Of a stretch of 64,000 nucleotides of DNA, positions 55,450-64,000 are shown in pieces. The DNA comes from Tetramitus jugosus (lineage: Eukaryota; Protista; Heterolobosea): positions 124,001 to 188,000 of the forward strand of contig OW569353.1 of assembly GCA_937625935.1 (NCBI GenBank), in the 5' to 3' direction. The first letter of the stretch is position 1. Each line of letters begins with the position of its first letter. The notes below the pieces were generated by a model. That model was given only the letters and a program-made list of their open reading frames with translations, ran no database searches and had not been told where the DNA came from. Both the position numbers and the translations under genes were made by a program.

Positions 55450-57549
55450 TTAAATTGATAAGCATACTTCAGCTGTTGCCAAAGAAGCTTCTCCCTTTGA
55501 TTCGACAGGTAGTTCTTTTCCGCTCCTAATACATGGTATATACTGAACCAGCCCCACAACTTTCAATTTGATCAACCGAGTCGCGTTGAGTATTGGTGTG
55601 AATCTTCGAGTGAGAAAGGCATACATCTTGTCTATTGCTCCTCGAGGTAGTTTTAATCTCTTAGTTTGTGTTCTCTCTGGAGGTACGAAATCGGGAACCT
55701 CCACCAGCTCGTTGTCGAAGTAAAAGAGTTGCTCCCTGGTGAACAAGAGAACCATCACTAACTTTCTCACCGGTATCAACATTAAGATCAGCAATGGGAA
55801 AATAATCGCAGCAGGAGTCCACGTAATTGCATAAATGATTGCCCAACACATGAATTGTATTAGAGTGTAAACCACGGTATGGAATAAAGGTATCTTTCGT
55901 ATGAATTCGTGTCTGATATCCTTGTAGAACATGGGATGAGTGAACCATAGTTTAATCCGATCGACAAACTGATTTCCATCGAAACCTGTGACACCCATGA
56001 ACAAGAATAATCCTGTCATCACTCCCTGAGGAATCAATTTCAGAGCCTTTTGGCCAACCATTGCTACGACTCCTATCAGTAAAGCATGAACAAAACCACC
56101 AATTCTATTCTCTCGGACACCAACAATCTCCTCCCTTAACTTTCCATCTTTCTCTTCTATTTGTTGTATTCTAGTGACACTTGCGATATGAAGAGGTGCT
56201 TGAGGAATGAGTCCATTGGTCACTGGAATTCCAATGATACTACAAACTGCGATGTTCACTCCGATGATTAAAAAATCCCAATGATAAGCAGTTCCTTTCT
56301 TCAATTTAAACTCCTTTTTCTGTGACAACAATGAACTCACATTGTGGTCAAAGAAGAATAAGGCAGTTAAGATAAGCGCGGGGATCAACGCAGCAAAGAA
56401 TGCCCAAATTGGTAAACCATCATATCTGATGACCCATTGTCCATTACGCGCTGGATCAGTTGGTGTAAACTTGGTCGGTATATCGAGGAATGGTGTGCTA
56501 ATCTTGTTTAACTTTGGCAGGTACGCAATGCACGTAAATATTCCGATACTGATAGGAACTGCCAAATCAGCCATAGTTTTACACACGATTCTAGGAAAAT
56601 AAATCCAAGATCTGGCATAGTGAAAACAATAAGCGAGATAGAAAGAGCCAAAAGCAATGAGGAGAGAGAAGAGAGCACCTTCAATCGACTCGCCCTGGAA
56701 AAAGGCCACAAGTTGCTCGAATGCACTCACAATATAGATGATCGCGATCAAGGCACTGAATATTTCTGTTGTAAATCGTGTTACGTACTTGACTAACGTC
56801 GTAGCATTAAAGACCGCAAGCAAGATGTGCATGAAGGCAGATTCAAATCCAATAATGCAAAGCCATGGAACAAATGGAATGTTGAATCGTTTAGACAAAT
56901 CATAAACTGTCGTAGAAAAGATAACCACAGGTCCAGTTACTCCAACAATAACCATTGGTTGACCAGCAGTCAATGCAAATCCCATTCCACAAACCGCAGT
57001 GGCAAACAACACTTCAGTTACGCCTAGTTCGGAGTTTGTTTTGGTACTTAACAAGGAACCAAAGGACAAAGCAGGAGCAATCGACGTGAAAAACATGAAA
57101 ACGATTGATGCAATAATCTTGGGATGAATACCATCGATCAAATCAGACAAGTACCAGGGCAATCGTCTCCGAACATCCCTATAAATTCCACTTCCAGGTA
57201 TAAAACAGCCTCTTCTCTTCTTGGGTTCATTCGGAGGCTCTCCTCTCTCATCATGCCTCTTCTTGTCCTCCTCTGCGGCAAGTTCGCATTCTTCCTTGGA
57301 TGACGGTACAGTTGCTTCATCACTCCCATCATCTCCTTCTTCATCCTCTTGCAATTGAATATTGATGTCTTGTGTCTCATGAATCACCGTGGCTGGCGAA
57401 TCAACAAGGATATCTGGACCAACGGAGATGGTACTCACTTGGTTCTCTGCATAGGTCAAGTAACTCTCTTGCAATGCCAAATCATCTCCAGCCATGTGTT
57501 TCGCTTCGTGACGATGAGTGATACCAGACTGAACCTCGCTTGATTCCAT
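55450..57549 (-). CDS. SLC4/BOR-family anion (borate/bicarbonate) transporter
   Basis: 'RRLPWYLSD', 'GQPMVIVGVTGP', 'TRFTTEIF', 'FFDHNVSS', 'YHWDF', 'NGLIPQAPLH', 'GLFLFMG'. Confidence 0.93.
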   Translation of the reverse strand: MESSEVQSGITHRHEAKHMAGDDLALQESYLTYAENQVSTISVGPDILVDSPATVIHETQDINIQLQEDEEGDDGSDEATVPSSKEECELAAEEDKKRHDERGEPPNEPKKRRGCFIPGSGIYRDVRRRLPWYLSDLIDGIHPKIIASIVFMFFTSIAPALSFGSLLSTKTNSELGVTEVLFATAVCGMGFALTAGQPMVIVGVTGPVVIFSTTVYDLSKRFNIPFVPWLCIIGFESAFMHILLAVFNATTLVKYVTRFTTEIFSALIAIIYIVSAFEQLVAFFQGESIEGALFSLLIAFGSFYLAYCFHYARSWIYFPRIVCKTMADLAVPISIGIFTCIAYLPKLNKISTPFLDIPTKFTPTDPARNGQWVIRYDGLPIWAFFAALIPALILTALFFFDHNVSSLLSQKKEFKLKKGTAYHWDFLIIGVNIAVCSIIGIPVTNGLIPQAPLHIASVTRIQQIEEKDGKLREEIVGVRENRIGGFVHALLIGVVAMVGQKALKLIPQGVMTGLFLFMGVTGFDGNQFVDRIKLWFTHPMFYKDIRHEFIRKIPLFHTVVYTLIQFMCWAIIYAITWTPAAIIFPLLILMLIPVRKLVMVLLFTREQLFYFDNELVEVPDFVPPERTQTKRLKLPRGAIDKMYAFLTRRFTPILNATRLIKLKVVGLVQYIPCIRSGKELPVESKGEASLATAEVCLSI

Positions 57550-57785
57550 TTGAATGTGTTATCGATGCATCCTTCAAACACCATCTTCTTCAACCACCTC
57601 TTGAGTTGCGAGGTTCGAGATTTCGGATGCCAATCGGAAACAGAATCGATAAACAAACACCGATCGCGACAGTTTTTGGGCATTTTTTGCAAGTCCGATA
57701 GCTAAAATCCCGATCACTTCCAGAATTCAAGCGAACAAAAAAACTTCAAACCACCAGCTGCCGATACAAAACAAAAATATTGTTC

Positions 57786-59500
57786 ATGAATACGCACTTT
57801 GCCTCACTCCCACGCTTCACCTTCTCCCACCAAACCCACCATCACTACCATCACCATCACAACAAACAAAGACGTTTCGATCCCCACACTGGTCAACTCC
57901 TCACCACCAACACTCCTCCATCTCACCATCATCGTCATCATCATCACCAACAACAATCACAACCACAATCAAAAGCTAACCATGTTTTTCCAACAGTCAC
58001 CAATGTGAATCACATGTGTCAACAACTCATCATACCATTGACTCTGCTTGGCCCTCACATTAGAATCGCAGGTGAAGCCAAAATCATTTGCCAATGTCGA
58101 ATCCTTGCACAAAAAATTCAACAGGCATGGTCACTGCTCGTTCATTCATTGTACACGTTGCACGTTCCACTTGTTCCTTCCTTTCAACAACAACAACTAC
58201 AACAACAACCATACTTGAACAACAATAATGGTAGTAGTGGGAGTGGGAGTGGTGGTGCATCATCATCAGTTCTCACTCAAGAACAATTGTTCTTTCAATA
58301 TAGTTGTTCCATTTTGATTCAAATGTCTCAACAACAACAACAACAACAACCATTATCATGTACAAGTAATCATCATCATCATCATCATCACTCTCAAAGT
58401 GTACCACTATCACCACTATTATCATCACCATCATCAACTACTACAACAACAATAAGAGACAATGTAAATACGAATGAACAAACTTTAGAAGCATCACCAC
58501 CACCATCACCACACAATGAAATGTCAAGTGATGAATGGGAAGCACTGTTGGATTTGAGTGCACTCAATCCACTGTTGACAACAGTGCAGACTGAACATGA
58601 ATTATCAGTGCGCAGACTACTCTTCAAATGTAGTCACTGGTTGCCTGCCGCAATCGAGATCAATTGAGGAATTTTGCAGATTTGAATGCGAGTTTGGCCA
58701 ATGATTTTGAATTGCAAGGAGGTGATCGATTGGCCAAACAAAAGAGAATATTGTCCAATGTGGAATCGGCTCTCGTCGCTCGAATCGATTACTTGTTGAA
58801 TGGTTGTACTAGTAGTGATCGGAACAAGAATGAAAATTTGTTGTTTCAGTCGTGGGATGAACTGTTTGAGATTGCATTGGATGAAAACACGAGCAACGGT
58901 AATAACAAGGATAGGAATAGTGGTAATGATCAATTGAATATTGATAAGGAGAAGAATGACAATGTACATGATGCAAATGTGGAAGAATTGAATGAGCGAC
59001 GCGAGGATGACGATACACCACGGGTGGAGAAAGTGATGAATAACGGTGATGTTGCTGCCACTGATGTGAATAACAAGAGTATTGACTTTGATGATCATGA
59101 CGAGGACGATAATGTCACTGATGGGAATCATGGAAGGGAGACTGATGCGATTACGGACCCAAATACTAATCAATCCATTAGTCCCATCGACTATATCAAT
59201 GGAGGAAGTGACAATGCAAGCGTATTGAGCTCTGATGAAGTTCGTGCAGCTAATGAGATTTGCGTTCGTGACGATTTAACTTTTACTCATGACAGTTTTA
59301 TAGACGGATTCAATACACAGAATACAAACAACGAATACAACCGGAAACGAAAAATTGCAGAGGTGAACAACAACATTGCAAGGAGAACGACACATGACGA
59401 AGACTTTGATGAATTGATGGATTGTCACTCGGATGGAGATGATCAGGTAGAAGATGAACTTTCGACTCAAGTGCACAAGCAACAACGACTGCAACAATAA
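57786..59500 (+). CDS. low-complexity hypothetical protein(s); two ORFs overlapping by 4 nt, probably one gene
   Basis: ORFs 57780-58667 and 58664-59500; the second starts at TTG; a candidate acceptor TAG lies at 58631-58633. Confidence 0.4.
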
Positions 59501-59583
59501 ATTTTGCTTTCCACAATGATTCTGGCAACTATTGTAATTTTTAATCTACATTGTATATGTACAACTATAACTTAGTGTCGCGA

Positions 59584-61020
59584 TTAGAATATTGGCTCAT
59601 CGTCATTCACATCACTGCTTTCTTTCTCTCTCATTGATGGGGAATGCATTGATCCTCGATGCGAAGGATCTTGTTGCTTTGCTATATCTGTCTCATGAAC
59701 GTCATACTCATCTTCATTGCTCTCCTCGATCAACACGAGAGAATCATGATCAATCACTTCTTCGTCGCTTCTTCTTCTTCTATGGTTCACTGCACCTTCG
59801 TTGATATCGTTATTATCCTCATTGCTGCTCTTGTGGTCATTTTCATTGTCTTCCTTCTCATAAGTGGGCAAATTCTGACCAGCAACATTTCTCATGTGAA
59901 CAATCAGATGCAAATTAAATTCCTCTGCACGGCACAAGTATGGAAACGTTCCACCATCCTTTAGCATTGCATACCGCGCATCTGGATAATATTCCTGTAA
60001 TTCATTTCTGATTGAAATGGGGTACAATGAACCGGGATCCATTGTCTGAATCACCGTTACTCGATCATCAGGCAATTGCTTCTCAAAAAGTGAGCGATCA
60101 ATCTTTTTTGATGAGCACAGGAGACGCAACCTCGATGCATTCTGTTCCTTTGACAAGGCACACATGGAATCATACATGAACTCATTGGACAGCACGAGTA
60201 ATTTCTCCCCTTCCATGGTAACCGCAGAAAAAAGTCCCTCCATTTTCATCCGTAGTAGAAAATTGGGCGCCAACTGATAAAAATCACTGAGCAGAGCAGT
60301 GTCAGAGAACCAAGAGTTATTGACAAAGGAATTGCAGAGAATGAGACTTGAAATGTACTGTGCTTGTTTCTCAGCATAGCACTGAGCCAAGAATCCTCCC
60401 ATGCCCACACCCATCAAATGAAACTTTCCATTGAGTGAAGACATGATGTGATAATCACACAATTCATGAAAAGACAAGACAAATTCATCATGTGTATAAC
60501 AAGGTGCTATATCAACCAAAATGACATGATATCCTCTGGGCACCAAACTCAAAATTTGTTGATAAAATGAGTGAAGAGAAAATTGACAACAAATGTCATG
60601 AAGAACAATCAATGGTGGTGCAATCACAGAGCTTGTTGTAGCTGTGGTTGCATTACTCACGGGACTGCACTTGTAATACGTCCATTTTTTTTGGTTGGGC
60701 GTCAGTGTAATGGCCACTTTTTGAGTCATGAATGAATCCATTTGAGATTGATACTGATTGCACTGTTGTTCAAAATAATTTTTAGTCTTGATGCTGGTGG
60801 TGTTGGTAGTGGTGGTAGTAGTAGTAGCAGGTTGTGTGGGAGCTTTTTGTTGGCGGTAGAGAGTTCGATGTGGGTCATCAATGAGATCACTGGCTGCACT
60901 GACACTGCGACCACGAGGAGCTGGAGTGATCAATGGACTGTTGTTGTTTTGAATAAAGATTTGGTTGATCGTATCATCATTGTTGTTGTCGTCGTGATGT
61001 TGGGCGAGTGGATGCGACAT
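59584..61020 (-). CDS. SPG21: maspardin (alpha/beta hydrolase fold)
   Basis: 'FYQQILSL..RGYHVI', 'HLMGVGMGGFLAQ', 'SLILCNSF', 'ASRL', 'LKDGGTFPYLCRAEEFNLHL'. Confidence 0.88.
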   Translation of the reverse strand: MSHPLAQHHDDNNNDDTINQIFIQNNNSPLITPAPRGRSVSAASDLIDDPHRTLYRQQKAPTQPATTTTTTTNTTSIKTKNYFEQQCNQYQSQMDSFMTQKVAITLTPNQKKWTYYKCSPVSNATTATTSSVIAPPLIVLHDICCQFSLHSFYQQILSLVPRGYHVILVDIAPCYTHDEFVLSFHELCDYHIMSSLNGKFHLMGVGMGGFLAQCYAEKQAQYISSLILCNSFVNNSWFSDTALLSDFYQLAPNFLLRMKMEGLFSAVTMEGEKLLVLSNEFMYDSMCALSKEQNASRLRLLCSSKKIDRSLFEKQLPDDRVTVIQTMDPGSLYPISIRNELQEYYPDARYAMLKDGGTFPYLCRAEEFNLHLIVHMRNVAGQNLPTYEKEDNENDHKSSNEDNNDINEGAVNHRRRRSDEEVIDHDSLVLIEESNEDEYDVHETDIAKQQDPSHRGSMHSPSMREKESSDVNDDEPIF

Positions 61021-61524
61021 GGTTGTTGTGTTTCTGATGTTCGTCGTTTGTTGTTGTGGCTCCAGGGATGAAATTTCGAGTTTTCTTCAGTTCGGAGCAT
61101 TCTTGGAGGAGAAATCACGTGTTTTCTCCAAGTGGGAGAATGCGGAGTGTAAGTTAGCCATCGGTTGAAGGTCATGGTCATAAAAGGAGAATGTTGTGTG
61201 ATTTCAAAAGATATCTGTTTTTTACAAATGCACTAACAAAAAATTTGAGTGTCCCAGTGAAGCGACACACTCTCATTAAGGTTGTATGAATAAAACTGCC
61301 GTTTCAACACACCTACGAGCGGATGAGAAGGTATCCATCGATTGAAGGATCTTTCTTCTCCGTCCTGTACAAGAAAACTGTGTAAGTCTCTTAGGACACA
61401 CACCAACGAATACAGCTCTGCTGCCGTTTGAGAGAGAGAGATATGAACCACAAACAACAACAACAACAGCAATTACCAAGAAACACTTGGCAACATGTTG
61501 TTATTGCTGGGAACGGTCACTCAC

Positions 61525-62772
61525 TTATCCAAGGATCCATGTGTGACTATCAAAAAAGTCGTGCACACCCTTGGCCACTCTCTTTGCAAATCGAGCAGGC
61601 TTACTCTTTGTTGTCTGCTTTTCAATTCTCTTGCTGAATCGTATGGCTCCCATGGTGTATCTTCTTGCTGCATCAGTTGGACTGGTCACTCTCTCTCTTC
61701 TCTCCAATTGCTTGACTTGTTCGAATTCAATGACATTTTCATTGAGTGGGAAACTGGGCATGGAGACTGGACGTGACAGACCAGTACTGGTCGATGCCGA
61801 TGGTTCTTCATGTGCCTCATGATCACTATCGACAGAGTCGGTGTGAGAGTCTTCAGCATGATGATGATGACTATGTTCAAAGTCTTCATCAAATGTGAAT
61901 TGTGTGTGATCGATTATTGCAGGTTGCGGTTGTTGCAATGACAAGTCAGACAAGGAGAGATCAATGGACGACGTGTTCAATTCTTCACTCTCAACTGCTG
62001 CTCCTGACGATTCAACAAAGTCCAATTCTTGACCAACAGTGCTCTGTCGTCTCTTTGGATTGAACATTTGCTTATTGCTCTTAAAGTAGGTGCTTGGTGA
62101 GGAAGGTGAAGAGGACAAATTTGGTGTAATGACACTGGTAGTAGGTGTGATGAGGGAGGATGCTGCCGAGTCAAATGAGAAAAAGTTGCGATGATGATGG
62201 TGATAATGAGGCAATGCAGGTGCAGAGTGTGGTGTTTTCATGTCTGTGCTGCTACCTACTGAATTGACTGTACTAGCGACACTAGAAGCACCAGTGTTAG
62301 TAGTCGCAGTAGTAGTAGTAGATCGAATTTGTGAGACATCAAATGTGAATGCAGCAATAGCAGATAAAGGTGTAGGAAGAGGAGACAATTGTCCACTCAT
62401 GACAATGTCTTGAGCAGCACTCAATGATTGTTGTCTCTTGTGAACGTGAACACGAAGATCCAATCTCTTGTTTGTAGGTGGACCAGTCACTACAATGCTC
62501 TTTGTGGTCATGCATTGGTTGTTGAGTTGAATGTTGGGTCGACTGAGACTGGCTGATCTGTATCGACGAGGTGACATGACATCAACGTTGACACTGAGAC
62601 TGTTGCTGCGTTTGGAACGAGGAGAGTATGGTGGGATAATGACGTTGAGGTGATTGTTGGAAGTGTTGTTGTTGTTGTTGGATGCCAACACAACCTTGAT
62701 GTTATTATTTTGTTCTTGTTGTTGTTGTTGCTGCATGTAATTTTCTAGGAAGCTAGAGTTGTAGCTGGGCAT
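61525..62772 (-). CDS. Ser/Thr-rich intrinsically disordered hypothetical protein
   Basis: 415-aa ORF with ATG; many RxxS and SP motifs; no recognisable domain. Confidence 0.55.
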   Translation of the reverse strand: MPSYNSSFLENYMQQQQQQEQNNNIKVVLASNNNNNTSNNHLNVIIPPYSPRSKRSNSLSVNVDVMSPRRYRSASLSRPNIQLNNQCMTTKSIVVTGPPTNKRLDLRVHVHKRQQSLSAAQDIVMSGQLSPLPTPLSAIAAFTFDVSQIRSTTTTATTNTGASSVASTVNSVGSSTDMKTPHSAPALPHYHHHHRNFFSFDSAASSLITPTTSVITPNLSSSPSSPSTYFKSNKQMFNPKRRQSTVGQELDFVESSGAAVESEELNTSSIDLSLSDLSLQQPQPAIIDHTQFTFDEDFEHSHHHHAEDSHTDSVDSDHEAHEEPSASTSTGLSRPVSMPSFPLNENVIEFEQVKQLERRERVTSPTDAARRYTMGAIRFSKRIEKQTTKSKPARFAKRVAKGVHDFFDSHTWILG

Positions 62773-63239
62773 ATTGTATGTGCTTGACTGTTTGTTTTTT
62801 TGGTGGTTGTTGGATGATGATGAGAAGCTTTTTTTGTGGTGAGGTGTTGTTTGAAAGAGATGTTGTTTGTTGAGATAAAAGGAAAAACTTTAATACGTGT
62901 ATTCCTGCTGCTTGATAACGACAGTGGGGTGTTTGAGTTTGTTGTTTTGGTTTTCTTTTCTAATGCAAGGAAGAATTCTTTTATTGAGGAGTGGGGCTCC
63001 GGAGCGCACAATGTGATCGTCCCTTTGGCCCAAAGATTTTTGAGGATTTTCGAGGAAGTTGGAGAATAGAGGCAGAAGATGTTCCTGAACGATGCCAAAT
63101 ATCCAACGGCGACGGGCCAATGCGGACGTTACGGAGCGGATGAACGTCGCTTCGGACCTGAACCAGAAATAGTCCTCAGTCCTAAAATCCGATAGATCAA
63201 TTTGCTGATTGACTCAATACAACCAGCAAGAAAGTAAAA

Positions 63240-64000
63240 ATGTATCACAATGAACAATCGTACACATTCTATTCAACCATAAACCAAAACTACATACAAG
63301 AGAACAACGATCATAGACACTTTCATGTGATCGAGCATCTGTTACATCATAATCACGATTTAACGACTACCACCTCGCTGGGAGTGTCTCCATCCACAAT
63401 TCAAACCAAAGAAAAAGATTCTTACAACATTTTATGTCTAGATGGCGGTGGCATGAGAGGTCTTGTTCAATGTGAGATGTTAAAGTCACTTCACCGGTAC
63501 TGTCATAACAAACCAGTTCACGAGTTGTTCGACATGGTGGTGGGAGTGGGCGCAGGATCTATTTTGGCATGTTTAATTGCTCAACAAAAAGATATTGGAG
63601 TTGCTATCCACATGTATGATCAAATCTCAAGAGAGGTTTTCAGCAGAAAGAGTGTCCGTGGAGTACTCAAGATGATCAATGACGAAAACAAAGGAAAATA
63701 CAACTCCAAACTCTATCGATCTTTTGTGGAGAACACAATGGGGAGTGATTTCTTGCTGAACCCGATGGATCCTGATCCTAAATTGAAGTTGGTTGTCCTT
63801 GCAACAGAGTTGGACAGAGCAATGGATTCATATGAAACAGTTTTGTTTCGAAATTACAAGAGCCGGTATCAAGATAGAGGTTGTGATTTCGAGAATATTA
63901 GAACCCATGAAGCGATTAATTCCTCAACCGCGGCTCCATTCTACATGGATGCCGTTCAAATTGGCGACACAAAGTTTGTTGGAGGAGGCGTAGTGAACAA
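63240..64000 (+). CDS. patatin-like phospholipase (iPLA2-like), apparently catalytically inactive; 3' end outside window
   Basis: Open frame from ATG 63240, absent from the ORF track because it has no stop in the window: 'ILCLDGGGMRG', 'LFDMVVGVGAG', 'LFRNY', 'STAAPFY', 'FVGGG'. Confidence 0.85.
   Translation, partial: MYHNEQSYTFYSTINQNYIQENNDHRHFHVIEHLLHHNHDLTTTTSLGVSPSTIQTKEKDSYNILCLDGGGMRGLVQCEMLKSLHRYCHNKPVHELFDMVVGVGAGSILACLIAQQKDIGVAIHMYDQISREVFSRKSVRGVLKMINDENKGKYNSKLYRSFVENTMGSDFLLNPMDPDPKLKLVVLATELDRAMDSYETVLFRNYKSRYQDRGCDFENIRTHEAINSSTAAPFYMDAVQIGDTKFVGGGVVN

Overview
Gene-dense, AT-rich eukaryotic (protist) DNA. It has very short intergenic spacers, a few short GT-AG introns and many poly-N/Q/H/S tracts. 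The overall style (RCC1 and F-box genes, bacterial-type enzymes) resembles a free-living amoeba, possibly a heterolobosean; this is inference only. About 30 protein genes can be supported. Housekeeping genes: Mpv17/PMP22, profilin-like, myosin light chain, XPC/Rad4, AATF/Bfr2, a CCT-like chaperonin, TRAPPC10, TMF1, an MBOAT, squalene synthase, an ELO elongase, nicotinamidase, WrbA, an SLC4/BOR transporter and maspardin. An accessory island (~44.3-55.2 kb) holds a decayed non-LTR retroelement, pseudogenes, a Crinkler/RHS-type NTPase+REase gene and F-box genes. The main candidates for undescribed biology are: (1) a 1729-aa protein laid out like a transcription factor (putative DNA-binding domain + IPT/TIG + NLS), fused to an intact caspase-like protease and two tandem PLD-fold-like domains; (2) an F-box + Pol-beta-type nucleotidyltransferase + Zn-finger + SDR fusion; (3) a secreted Ser/His/Arg repeat protein punctuated by FFAD motifs. 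All domain calls come from motifs recognised by eye; no searches were run.
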